Below are positions 13,507 to 29,200 of a stretch of 64,000 nt of DNA, one piece after another. This DNA comes from Eledone cirrhosa (Eukaryota). The translations under genes were made by a program, and so were the position numbers. The notes below the pieces were generated by a model. That model searched no databases. It had not been told where the DNA came from and saw only the letters and a program-made list of their open reading frames with translations. The stretch lies in NCBI GenBank assembly GCA_964016885.1, contig OZ024746.1, forward strand, positions 49,662,001 through 49,726,000. The letters run 5' to 3'. The stretch's first letter is position 1; every line of letters starts with the position of its first letter.

Positions 13507-14409
13507 ATAATATAACATAATATTATATTATATTATATAGGGCGGTGGATTGGCAGTATCGCTAAGGGTCCGACGCCATGTTTTCCACCATAGTTACGTC
13601 CCTTTACGATCTGAGTTCAAATCCCACCGAGGTTGATTTTACCTTTCATCATACGGGGAGAATAAAATAAGGTTCCAGTAATGCACTGGCTAATTGCTGG
13701 CCTTCTGCCTAAAGTAGAAACAATTATATTATATTATATTATATTATATTATATTATATTATATTATATTATATTATATTATATTATATTATATTATATT
13801 ATATTATATTATATTATATTATATTATATTATATTATATTATATTATATTATATTATATTATAAGGGCGGTGAATTGGCAGTATCGGTTGAGGGTCGGAA
13901 TGCTTTCCAGCATACTTATGTCCCGTTACGATCTGAGTTCAAATCCCGCCGAGGTTACCTTTGCCTTTCATCCTTACAGGGTCGATAAAATAAAGTACCA
14001 GTAATATACTGGGATAATTGCTGGCCTTGCGCCAGAAGTAGAAACACTTATACTATAATATAATATTATATTATATTATAATATAATATTATATCATATA
14101 TTATATTATAATATAATATAATATTATATATTATAATATTATATTATATTATCATATATTATCATATAATATAATATAACATAATATAATTGTTTCTACT
14201 TTTTGGCACAAGTCCAGCAATTATATCAGTACATTACTGGTACTATATTTTTTCGACCCTGTAAGGATGATAGGCAAAGTTACCCTCGGCGGGAATTGAA
14301 CTCAGATCGTAAAGAGACGTAACTATCTTGGAAAGCATAATCCAACCATCGACCGATACTGCCAATTCACCAATATAATGTAATATTATAATATAATATA
14401 ATATAATAT

Positions 14410-17400
14410 AATATTATATTATATTATATTATATTATATTATATTATATTATATTATATTATATTATATTATATTATATTATATTATATTATATTATATT
14501 ATATTATATTATATTATATTATATTATATTATAAAATATTATATTATATTATATATATATATATTGCTGGTAATTGCTGGGCTTGTGCCAATAGTAGAAA
14601 CAATTATATTATATTATATTATATTATATTATATTATATTATATTATATCATAATATAATATAATATGATATAATATAATTGTTTCTACTATTGGCACAA
14701 GGCCAGCAATTACCAGCAATATATATATATATAAAAAGAAAACGGGACACCCAAATAACAAACGGGGCACCCAAATAAAAGACGGACCTCCCCCATAAAA
14801 AAACGGGCAGCCAAATAAAAAACAAACTACCTCCATAAAAAACGGGCGACCCCCCCCCCCCCAAACGGGACACCCAAATAACAAACGGGGCACCCAAATA
14901 AAAAACGGTCCTCCCCCGTAAAAAAACGGGTAGCCAAATAAAAAACAAACTACCTCCATAAAAAACGGGCGCCCCCCCCCCCCAAACGGGGCACCAAAAT
15001 AAAAAACGGGGCACCCAAATAAAAAACAGACACCCCATTAAAAAAGGGCACACAGATAAAAAATGTGGCACCCAAATCAAAAACGGACGCCCCCCCCCAT
15101 AAAAACACGGGCACCCAAATAAGATACGGGGCACCCAAATAAAAACACGGGGTACACAAATAAAAAAGACGGGGCACCCAAATAAAAAACGGCGCACCCA
15201 AATAGAAAAACGGACCCCCCCCCCCAATAAAAACGGGCACCCAAATAAAAGACGTGGCACCCAAATAAAAAACGGGGCATTCAAATAAAAAACGGACCCC
15301 CCCCATAAAAAACGGGCACCCAAATAAAAAACGGGGCACCCAATTAAAAAAAAGGCGCACCCAAATAAAAACGCCCCCCCCCCTATAAAAATGGGCACCC
15401 AAATAAGAAACGGGGCACCTTATTTAAAAAAAAGGGCACCCAAATAAAAAATCGGGGCAACCAAATATATCCGAAACCCCTACTGATACTGCCAATTCAC
15501 CGCCCTTATAATATAACATAATATTATATTATATTATATTATATTATAAGGGCGGTGGATTGTCAGTATCGGTAGAGGGTCGGAGGCCGTGCTTGCCAGC
15601 ATAGTTACGTCTCTTTACGATCTGAGTTCAAATCCCGCCGAGGTTGACTTTGCCTTTCATCCATACGGGGTCGATAAAATAAAGTACCAGTAATGCACTG
15701 GGTGTTTGCTGGCCTTGTGCCTAAAGTAGAAACAATTATATTATATTATATTATATTATATTGTATTATATTATATTATATTATATTATATTATAATATG
15801 GTAGATTGACAGTATCGGTGGAGGGTCGGACGCCATGCTTTCCAGCATAGTTACGTCCCTTTACGATCTGAGTTCAAATCCCGCCGAGGTTACCTTTGCC
15901 TTTCATCCTTACAGGGTCGATAAAATAAGTACCAGTAATATACAGGAATAATTGCGGGCCTTGCGCCAGAAGTAGAAACAATTATATTATACTATAATAT
16001 ATTATAATATAATATTATATTATATTATCATATATTATCATATAATATAATATAATATAATATAATTGTTTCTACTTTTGGCACAAGGCCAGCAATTATT
16101 CCAGTGCATTACTGGTACTTTATTTTATCGACCCCCTAAGAATGAAAGGCAAAGTTAACCTCGGCGGGATTTGAACTCAGAATACAAAGGCCGTAACTCT
16201 ATGCGTCAACGCATGGCGTCCGACCTTCTACTGATACTGCCAATCCACCACCCTTATATTATAATATATTATATTATATTATATTATATTATATTATATT
16301 ATATTATATTATATTATATTATATTATATTATTGTTTCTACTATTGGCCTAAGGCCAGCAATTACCAGCAATATATATATATATTAAAAAAAACACCCAA
16401 ATAACAAACGGGGAACCCAAATAAAAAACGGGGCACCCAAATAAAAAACAGGGCACCCAAATAAAAAACGGACCTCCCCCATAAAAAAGGGCACACAAAT
16501 AAAAAATGTGGCACCCAAATAAAAAACAGACACCCCCCTCTCCGATAAAAACGGGCACTCAATTAAAACGGGCACCCGAATAAAAAACGGGGCACTCAAA
16601 TCAAAAACGGACTCGACCCCATAAAAAAATGGGCACCCAAATAAGAAACGGGGCACCCAAATAAAAAGACGGGGCACCCAAATAAAAAAGACGGGGCACC
16701 CAAATAAAAAACGGAGCACCCAAATAGAAACCCCCCCCCCCCCCAATAAAAACGTGCACCCAAATAAAGACGCGGCACCCAAATAAAAAACGGGGCACTC
16801 AAATCAAAATCGGTCACCCAAATACAAAACGAGGCACCCAAATAAAAAAACGGCGCACCCAAATAAAGACGCCCCCCCCCCCATAAAAACGGGCACCCAA
16901 ATAATAAAGGGGGCACCCAAATAAAAAACGGACCCCCACATAAAAAATGGGCACCCAAATAAAAAACGGGGCACCTAAATAAAAAACGGGGCACCCAAAT
17001 TAAAAATCGGGGCACCCAAATATATCCGACCTCCTACTGATACTGCCAATTCACCGCCCTAATAATATAACATAATATTATATTATATTATATTATATTA
17101 TATTATATTATATTATATTATATTATATTATATTATATTATATTATATTATATTATATTATATTATATTATATTATATTATATTATATTATATTATATTA
17201 TATTATATTATATTATATTATATTATAATATAATATAATATAATATAATAATATAATATGGTGGATTGGCAGTATCGGTGGAGGGTTGGACGCCATTCTT
17301 TCCAGCATAGTTACGTCCCTATGGGACGTAACTATGCTGGAAAGCATAATCCAACCATCTACCAATATTGCCAATTCACCAATATAATATAATATAATAT

Positions 17401-19800
17401 AATATAATATAATATAATATTATATTATATTATATTATAATATAATATAATATAATATAACATAATATAATATAATATAATATAATTGTTTCTACTATTG
17501 GCACAAGGCCAGCAATTACCAGCAATATATATATATATAAAAAAAACGGGACACCCAAATAACAAACGGGGCACCCAAATAAAAAACGGGGCACCCAAAT
17601 AAAAAACGGACCCCCATTAAAAAAGGGCACACAAATAAAAAATGTGGCACCCAAATAAAAAAACGGACCCCACTTCTATAAAAACGGGCACCCAAATTGA
17701 AAACGGGCACCCGAATAGAAAACGGGGCACCTAAATCAGAAACGGACACCCCCCTATAAAAAAACGCGCACCCAAATAAGAAACGGGGCACCCAAATAAA
17801 AAGACGGGGCACCCAAATAAAAAAGACGGGGCACCAAAATAAAAAACGGTGCAGCCAAATAGAAAAACGGAACCCCCCAATGAAAAACTGGCACCCAAAT
17901 AAAAAACGGGGCTTCCAAATTAAAAAATATGCGAACTCAAATATAGACGCCCCCCCCCCCCATAAAAAACGGGGACCCAAATAAAAAACCGACCCCCCTC
18001 ATAATAAATGGGCACCCAAATAATAAAGGGGGCACCCAAATAAAAAACGGACCCCCACATAAAAAATGGGCACCCAAATAAAAAACGGGGCACCTAAATA
18101 AAAAACGGGGCACCCAAATTAAAAATCGGGGCACCCAAATATATCCGACCTCCTACTGATACTGCCAATTCACCGCCCTAATAATATAACATAATATTAT
18201 ATTATATTATATTATATTATATTATATTATATTATATTATATTATATTATATTATATTATATTATATTATATTATATTATATTATATTATATTATATTAT
18301 ATTATAATATAATATAATATAATATAATATAATAATATAATATGGTGGATTGGCAGTATCGGTGGAGGGTTGGACGCCATTCTTTCCAGCATAGTTACGT
18401 CCCTATGGGACGTAACTATGCTGGAAAGCATAATCCAACCATCTACCAATATTGCCAATTCACCAATATAATATAATATAATATAATATAATATAATATA
18501 ATATTATATTATATTATATTATAATATAATATAATATAATATAATATAATATAATATAATATAATATAATTGTTTCTACTATTGGCACAAGGCCAGCAAT
18601 TACCAGCAATATATATATATATAAAAAAACGGGACACCCAAATAACAAACGGGGCACCCAAATAAAAAACGGGGCACCCAAATATATCCGACCCCGTACC
18701 GATACTGCCAATTCGACGCCCTTATAATATAACATAATATTATATTATATTATATAGGGCGGTGGATTGGCAGTATCGCTAGAGGGTCCGACGCCATGTT
18801 TTCCAGCATAGTTACGTCCCTTTACGATCTGAGTTCAAATCCCACCGAGGTTGATTTTACCTTTCATCCTTACGGGGAGAATAAAATAAGGTACCAGTAA
18901 TGCACTGGCTAATTGCTGGCCTTCTGCCTAAAGTAGAAACAATTATATTATATTATATTATATTATATTATATTATATTATATTATATTATATTATATTA
19001 TATTATATTATATTATATTATATTATATTATATTATATTATATTATATTATATTATATTATATTATATTATATTATATTATATTATATTATATTATATTA
19101 TATTATATTATATTATATTATATTATATTATATTATATTATATTATATTATATTATATTATATTATATTATATTATATTATATTATATTATATTATATTA
19201 TATTATATTATATTATATTATATTATATTATATTATATTATATTATATTATATTATAAGGGAGGTGAATTGGCAGTATCGGTTGAGAGTCGGAATGCTTT
19301 CCAGCATACTTATGTCCCGTTACGATCTGAGTTCAAATCCCGCCGAGGTTACCTTTGCCTTTCATCCTTACAGGGTCGATAAAATAAAGTACCAGTAATA
19401 TACTGGGATAATTGCTGGCCTTGCGCCAGAAGTAGAAACAGTTATACTATAATATAATATTATATTATATTATAATATAATATTATATCATATTATATTA
19501 TATTATAATATAATATAATATTATATATTATAATATTATATTATATTATCATATATTATCATATAATATAATATAACATAATATAATTGTTTCTACTTTT
19601 TGGCACAAGTCCAGCAATTATATCAGTACATTACTGGTACTATATTTTTTCGACCCTGTAAGGATGATAGGCAAAGTTACCCTCGGCGGGAATTGAACTC
19701 AGATCGTAAAGAGACGTAACTATATTGGAAAGCATAATCCAACCATCGACCGATACTGCCAATTCACCAATATAATGTAATATTATAATATAATATAATA
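14410..19800. repeat. Tandem segmental duplicate of ~9540-14390, containing cassettes 14678-15507, 16331-17059, 17484-18178 and 18568-18723 plus SINEs
   Basis: Diagnostic variants shared in the same order: 9776/14678, 10638/15548, 11614/16331, 12887/17484, 13539/18756, 13863/19257, 14188/19585. Confidence 0.85.
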
Positions 19801-19997
19801 TAATATAATATTATATTATATTATATTATATTATATTATATTATATTATATTATATTATATTATATTATATTATATTATATTACAATATAATATAATATA
19901 ATATAATATAATATAATATTATATTACAATATAATATAATATGTAATATAATATTATATTATATTATATTATAATATAATATAATATAATATAATAT

Positions 19998-22900
19998 AAT
20001 TGTTTCTACTTTTGGCACAAGGCCAGCAATTACCAGAAATATATATATATATAAAAAAACGGGGCACCCAAATAACAAACGGGGCACACAAATAAAAAAC
20101 GGGCACCCAAATAACAAACAAGGAACCCAAATAAAAAAACGGACCCCCCGATAAAAAAGGGCACCCAAATAAAAAACGGACCCCACTCCCATAAAAACAG
20201 GCACCCAAATAAAAAACGGGCACCCAAATTAAGGACGGGCACCCAAATAAAAATCGGGGCTCCCTAATAAAAAAACGGGGCATCCAAATAAAAAAACGGG
20301 GCACCCAAATAAAAAAACGGGGCACCCAAATAACAAACGGGGCACCCAAATAGAAAAACGCCTCCCTCCCAATCAAAACGGGCACCCAAATTAAAAACGG
20401 AACCCCCCCCCCCATAAAAAACGTGCACCCAAATGAAAAACGGGGCACCCAAATAAACAACCGACCCCCCGCCCATAAAAAATGGGCACCCGAATAAAAA
20501 ACGGGGCACCCAAATAAAAAACGGACACCCCGATAAAAATGGGCACACAAATAAAAAATGTGGGACCCAAATAAAAAACGGACCCTCCTCCCATAAAAAC
20601 AGGCACCCAAATAAAATACGGACACCCAAATAAAAATCGGGACACCCGAATATATCCGACCCCCTACCGATACTGCCAATTCACCGCACTTATAATATAA
20701 CATAATATAATATAATATAATATAATATAATATAATATAATATAATATAATATAATATAATATAATATAATATAATATAATATAATATAATATAATATAA
20801 TATAATATAATATAATATAATTGTTTCAAATTTAGGCACAAGGCCAGCATTTACCCAGTGCATTACTAGTACTTTATTTTATCGACCCCGTTAGGATGAA
20901 AGGCAAACTCAACCTCTTTATAATATAATATATTATTAAATTATATTATCATATAATATTATATTATATTATATTATATTATATTATATTATATTATATT
21001 ATAAGGGCGGTGAATTAGCAGTATCGGTAGAGGGTCGGACATGCCAATTCACCAATAAATGTAATATTATAATATAATATAATATAATATAATATAATAT
21101 TATATTATATTAAATTATATTATATTATATTACAATATAATATAATATAATATAATATAATATAATATAATATAATATAATATTATATTATATTATATTA
21201 TATTACAATATAATATAATATGTAATATAATATTATATTATATTATATTATAATATAATATAATATAATATAATATAATATAATTGTTTCTACTTTTGGC
21301 ACAAGGCCAGCAATTACCAGAAATATATATATATATAAAAAAAACGGGGCACCCAAATAACAAACGGGGCACCCAAATAAAGAAACGCCTCCCTCCCAAT
21401 CAAAACGGGCACCCAAATTAAAAACGGAACCCCCCCATAAAAAACGGGCACCCAAATGAAAAACGGGGCACCCAAATAAACAACCGACCCCCCGCCCATA
21501 AAAAATGGGCACCCAAATAAAAAACGGACCCTCCTCCCATAAAACAGGCACCCAAATAAAATACGGACACCCATATAAAAAATCGGGACACCCGAATATA
21601 TCCGACCCCCTACCGATACTGCCAATTCACAGCACTTATAATATAATATAATATAATATAATATAATATAATATAATATAATATAATATAATATAATATA
21701 ATATAATTGTTTCAAATTTAGGCACAAGGCCAGCATTTACCCAGTGCATTACTGGTACTTTATTTTATCGACCCCGTTAGGATGAAAGGCAAACTCAACC
21801 TCTTTATAATATAATATATTATTAAATTATATTATCATATAATATTATATTATATTATATTATATTATATTATATTATATTATATTATATTATATTATAT
21901 TATATTATATTATATTATAAGGGCGGTGAATTAGCAGTATCGGTAGAGGGTCGGACATGCTTTCTAGCACACCTATGTCCCTTTACGATCTGAATTGAAA
22001 TCCCACGGATGTTACCTTTGCCTTTCATCCTTACGGGGTCGGTAAAATACCAGTAATATACTGGAATAATTGCTGGCCTTGCGCCAAAAGTAGAAAGAAT
22101 TATATTATATTATAATATTACATTATATTATAATATAATATTATATCATATTATATTATATTATAATATAATATAAAATTATATATTATAATATAATATA
22201 TTTTATTATATTATAATATATTATCCTATATTATCATATAATATAATATAATTGGTTCTACTTTTTGGCAGAAGGCCAGCAATTATCCCAGTACATTAGT
22301 GGTATTTTAAAGTGACATAACTATGCAGGAAAGCATAATCCAACCCGCTACCGATACTGACAATTCACAAATATAATGTAATGTTATAATATAATATAAT
22401 ATAATATAGAATAATATAATATAATATTATATTATAATATATTATATTATATTATATTATAATATAATATAATATTATATTATATTACAATATAATATAA
22501 TATAATATAATATTATAATATATTATATTATAATATAATATAATATAATATAATATAATATATAATATAATTTTTTCTACTTTTGGCACAAGCCCAGCAA
22601 TTACCAGCAATATATATATATATATAAAAAACGGGCCACCCAAATGACAAACGGGGCACCCAGATAAAAATCGTGTACCCAAATAAAAAACGGGGTACCC
22701 AAATAAAAACGGACCTCCCCAATAAAAAAACTGGCATCCTAATAAAAAACAGACCACCCCCATAAAAAAGGGCACCCATATAAAAAACGGGGCTCCCAAA
22801 TAAAAAACGGGGCACCAAAATAAAATACGGACCTCCCCATAAAAAAGTGCACACAAATAAAAAATGTGGCAACAAAATTAAAAAAACGCACCCCACCCCA

Positions 22901-25900
22901 TAAAAAACGGGCACCCAAATAAAAAACGGAATATTACATTATATTATATTATAATATAATATAATATTATATTATATTATATTAAAATATAATATTATAT
23001 TATATTATATTAAAATATAATATTATATTATATTATATTATATTATATTATATTATATTATAATATATTATAATATAATATAATATGAACTGACCACCCC
23101 CATAAAAAAACGAGCACGCAAATAAAAAACGGGACACCCAAATAAAAAAACGGTACACCCAAATAGAAAACGGGGCACCCAAATAAAAAACGGTGCACCC
23201 AAATAAAAAAAATGGGGCACCTAAATAAAAAACGGGGCACCCAAGTAAAAAACGGGGCACCCAAATAAAAAAACGGGGAACCCAAATAAAAAGAGGGCAC
23301 CCAAATAAAAAACGGGGCACACAAATAACAAACGGGGCAACCAAATAAAAGATGGGGCACCCAAATAAAAAACGGACCCTCCTCCCATAAAAACAGGCAC
23401 CCAAATAAAAAACGGCCACCCAAATAAAAATCGGGACACCCGAATATATCCGAACCCCTACCGATACTGCCAATTCACCGCACTTATAATATAACATAAT
23501 ATAATATAATATAATATAATATAATATAATATAATATAATATAATATAATATAATATAATATAATATAATATAATATAATATAATATAATATAATATAAT
23601 ATAATATAATATAATTGTTTCAAATTTAGGCACAAGGCCAGCATTTACCCAGTGCATTACTGGTACTTTATTTTATCGACCCCGTTAGGATGAAAGGCAA
23701 ACTCAACCTCTTTATAATATAATATATTATTAAATTATATTATCATATAAGGGCGGTGAATTGGCAGTATCGGTAGAGGGTTGGACGCCATGCTTTGGCG
23801 CATAGAGTTACGGCCCTTGCCATTCTGAGTTCAAATCCCGCCGAGGTTAACTTTGCCTTTCATCCTTATGGGGTCGATAAAATAAAGTACCAGTAATGTA
23901 CTGGATAATTGCTGGCCTTGTGCCAAAAGTAGAAACAATTATATTATATTATATTATATTATATTATATTATAAGGGCGGTGAATTAGCAGTATCGATAG
24001 AGGGTCGGACATGCCAATTCACCAATAAATGTAATATTATAATATAATATAATATAATATAATATAATATAATATAATATTATATTATATTATATTAAAT
24101 TATATTATATTATATTACAATATAATATAATATAATATAATATAATATAATATAATATAATATAATATAATATAATATTATATTATATTATATTACAATA
24201 TAATATAATATGTAATATAATATTATATTATATTATATTATATTATAATATAATATAATATAATATAATATAATATAATTGTTTCTACTTTTGGCACAAG
24301 GCCAGCAATTACCAGAAATATATATATATATAAAAAAAACGGGGCACCCAAATAACAAACGGGGCACCCAAATAAAGAAACGCCTCCCTCCCAATCAAAA
24401 CGGGCACCCAAATTAAAAACGGACCCCCCCCATAAAAAACGGGCACCCAAATGAAAAACGGGGCACCCAAATAAACAACCGACCCCCCGCCCATAAAAAA
24501 TGGGCACCCAAATAAAAAACGGACCCTACTCCCATAAAAACAGGCACCCAAATAAAATACGGACACCCATATAAAAAATCGGGACACCCGAATATATCCG
24601 ACCCCCTACCGATACTGCCAATTCACCGCACTTATAATATTATAATATAATATAATATAATATAATATAATATAATATAATATAATATAATATAATATAA
24701 TATAATATAATATAATATAATATAATATAATATAATATAATATAATATAATATAATATAATATAATATAATATAATATAATATAATATAATATAATATAA
24801 TATAATATAATATAATATAATATAATATAATATAATATAATATAATATAATATAATTGTTTCAAATTTAGGCACAAGGCCAGCATTTACCCAGTGCATTA
24901 CTGGTACTTTATTTTATCGACCCCGTTAGGATGAAAGGCAAACTCAACCTCTTTATAATATAATATATTATTAAATTATATTATCATATAATATTATATT
25001 ATATTATATTATATTATATTATATTATATTATATTATATTATATTATATTATATTATATTATATTATATTATATTATATTATATTATATTATATTATATT
25101 ATAAGGGCGGTGAATTAGCAGTATCGGTAGAGGGTCGGACATGCTTTCCAGCACACTTATGTCCCTTTACGATCTGAATTGAAATCCCACCGATGTTACC
25201 TTTGCCTTTCATCCTTACGGGGTCGGTAAAATAAAGTACCAGTAATATACTGGAATAATTGCTGGCCTTGCGCCAAAAGTAGAAAGAATTATATTATATT
25301 ATAGTATTACATTATATTATAATATAATATTATATCATATTATATTATATTATAATATAATATAAAATTATATATTATAATATAATATTATATTTTATTA
25401 TATTATAATATATTATCCTATATTATCATATAATATAATATAATTGTTTCTACTTTTTGGCAGAAGGCCAGCAATTATCCCAGTACATTAGTGGTAATTT
25501 AAAGTGACATAACTATGCAGGAAAGCATAATCCAACCCGCTACCGATACTGACAATTCACAAATATAATGTAATGTTATAATATAATATAATATAATATA
25601 GTATAATATAATATAATATTATATTATAATATATTATATTATATTATATTATAATATAATATAATATTATATTATATTACAATATAATATAATATAATAT
25701 AATATTATAATATATTATATTATAATATAATATAATATAATATAATATAATATAATATATAATATAATTTTTTCTACTTTTGGCACAAGGCCAGCAATTA
25801 CCAGCAATATATATATATATATAAAAAACGGGCCACCCAAATGACAAACGGGGCACCCAGATAAAAATCGTGTACCCAAATAAAAAACGGGGTACCCAAA

Positions 25901-26130
25901 TAAAAACGGACCTCCCCAATAAAAAAAACTGGCACCCAAATAAAAAACAGACCACCCCCATAAAAAAGGGCACCCATATAAAAAACGGGGCACCCAAATA
26001 AAAAACGGGGCACCCAAATAAAATACGGACCTCCCCATAAAAAAGTGCACACAAATAAAAAATGTGGCAACAAAATAAAAAAAACGTACCCCACCCCATA
26101 AAAAACGGGCACCCAAATAAAAAACGGAAT
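19998..26130. repeat. Second duplicated block (~21003-23200 repeated at ~23973-26500) with cassettes 19998-20691, 21282-21637 and 24277-24633, half-cassettes and SINEs
   Basis: Shared variants such as CGCCTCCCTCCCAATCAAAAC, TTGTTTCAAATTTAGGCAC and GAATTGAAATCCCAC. Confidence 0.85.
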
Positions 26131-26299
26131 ATTACATTATATTATATTATAATATAATATAATATTATATTATATTATATTAAAATATAATATTATATTA
26201 TATTATATTAAAATATAATATTATATTATATTATATTATATTATATTATATTATATTATATTATATTATATTATAATATATTATAATATAATATAATAT

Positions 26300-29200
26300 G
26301 AACTGACCACCCCCATAAAAAAACGAGCACGCAAATAAAAAACGGGACACCCAAATAAAAAAACGGTGCACCCAAATAGAAAACGGGGCACCCAAATAAA
26401 AAACGGTGCACCCAAATAAAAAAATGGGGCACCTAAATAAAAAACGGGGCACCCAACTAAAAAACGGGGCACCCAAATAAAAAACGGGGCACCCAAATAA
26501 AAAGAGGGCACCCAAATAAAAAACGGGGCACACAAATAACAAACGGGGCAACCAAATAAAAGATGGGGCACCCAAATAAAAAACGGCGTACCTAAATAAA
26601 AAAACGGATCCCCCCCCCCCCCCCCAATGAAAACGGGCACCAAAATAAAAAACGGGGCACCCAAATAAAAAAACGGACCACCCCATAAAAAACGGGCACC
26701 GAAATAGAAAAAGGGGCACCCAAATAAAAATGCCCCTCATCAAAAACGGACCCCACCCACATAAAATAACGGATCACCCAAATAAAAAACAGGACATCCA
26801 AATAAAAAACAGGGCACCCAAATAAAAAACGGGGCACCCAAATAATAAACGGACCCCCCCCATACGAAACGGGCACCCAAATATAAAACGGGGCCCTAAA
26901 ATAAAAAACCGAACCCCCATAAAAACGGGCATCCAAATAAAAAACGGGGTACCCAAATAAAAAACGGACGCCCCCATAGGAAAACGGGTACCCAAATAAA
27001 AAAACGGGGCACCCAAATAAAAAAACGGCGCCCCCAAATAGAAAAACGGAACCCCTCATAAAAATCGGGCACCCAAATAAAGAACGGGGCACCCAAATAG
27101 AAAACGGACCACCCTCCCATAAAAAACGGGCACCCAAATAGAAAACGGGACACCCAAATAAAAAACGGGGAACCCAAATTAAAAAATCGCCCCCCCCCCC
27201 ATAAAAAACGGACACCAAATTAAAAAAGGAGCACCCAAATAAAAATGCACCCCATCAAAAACGGACCCAACGCCCAGAAAAAACCGGCACCCAAATAATA
27301 TAACGGGGCACCCAAATAAAAAACGGGGCATGCAAATAAAAAACGGAGTAACCAAATAAAAAAACGGACCCCTAATAAAAAACGGGCACCCAAATAAAAA
27401 ACGGGGCACACAAATAACAAACGGGGCAACCAAATAAAAGATGGGGCACCCAAATAAAAAACGGCGTACCTAAATAAAAAAACGGATCCCCCCCCCCCCA
27501 ATGAAAACGGGCACCAAAATAAAAAACGGGGCACCCAAATAAAAAAACGGACCACCCCATAAAAAACGGGCACCGAAATAGAAAAAGGGGCACCCAAATA
27601 AAAATGCCCCTCATCAAAAACGGACCCCACCCACATAAAATAACGGATCACCCAAATAAAAAACAGGACATCCAAATAAAAAACAGGGCACCCAAATAAA
27701 AAACGGGGCACCCAAATAATAAACGGACCCCCCCATACGAAACGGGCACCCAAATATAAAACGGGGCCCTAAATAAAAAACCGAACCCCCATAAAAACGG
27801 GCATCCAAATAAAAAACGGGGTACCCAAATAAAAAACGGACGCCCCCATAGGAAAACGGGTACCCAAATAAAAAAACGGGGCACCCAAATAAAAAAACGG
27901 CGCCCCCAAATAGAAAAACGGAACCCCTCATAAAAATCGGGCACCCAAATAAAGAACGGGGCACCCAAATAAAAAACGGCCACCCTCCAATAAAAAACGG
28001 GCACCCAAATAAAAAACGGGACACCCAAATAAAAAACGGGGAACCCAAATTAAAAAATCGCCCCCCCCCCCATAAAAAACGGACACCAAATTAAAAAAGG
28101 AGCACCCAAATAAAAATGCACCCCATCAAAAACGGACCCAACGCCCAGAAAAAACCGGCACCCAAATAATATAACGGGGCACCCAAATAAAAAACGGGGC
28201 ATGCAAATAAAAAACGGAGTAACCAAATAAAAAAACGGACCCCCTAATAAAAACCGGGCACCCAAATAAAAAACGGGGCACCCAAATAAAAAATGGGGCA
28301 CCCAAATAAAAAACGAGGCCCCCAAATAAAAAACAGGGGTACACAAATAAAAAACGGACCACCCCTCATAAAAAACGGGCAATAATATAATATAATAATA
28401 TAATATAATATTATATTATGATATAATATAATTGTTTCTACTTAAGGCTCAAGGCCAGCTATTACACAGTGCATTACTGGTACTTTATTTTATCGACCCC
28501 AAAAGGATGAAAGCCAAAGTCAACCTAGGCTGCATTTGAACTCAGATCGTAAAGGGACGTAACTATGCTGGAAAGCATGGGGTCTGACCCTCTACCGATA
28601 CTGCCAATCCGCGCCTAATATGATATAATATTATATTATATTATAAAATTATATTATATTATATTATAATATATTATAATATGATATAATGTAATGTAAT
28701 ATATAATACAATACAATATCATATTATATTATATTGTAATATATTATAATATAATATAATATGAACGGACCACCCTCATAAAAAACGAGGCACACAAATA
28801 AAAAACGGTGCAGCCAAATAAAAAAACGGGGCACCCAAGTACAATACGGGGCACCCAAATAAACAACGTGGCATCCAAATAAAAAACGGGGCACTCAAAT
28901 ACAAAACGGGCACCCAAATAAAAAACGGGGCATGCAAATAAAAAACGCTCCCCCCCCCCCACACACATAAAAAACTTGCACTCAAATAAAAAACGGAGTA
29001 CCCAAATAAAAAAACGTGGCAGCCAAATAAAACACTTGGCATCCAAATAAAAAACGGGCCCTCTCCCATAAAAAATGGGCACACAAATAAAGAACGGACC
29101 CCATCAAAAACGTTCAAACCCCCAGAAAAAAACCGGCACCCAAATAAAATAACGGGGCACCCTAATAAAAAACGGGGGACACAAATACAAAAACGGAGTA

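Noticed and set aside
10783-24898. MHW...IILYY repeat ORFs
   Set aside because: SINE tail read into the (ATATT)n microsatellite.
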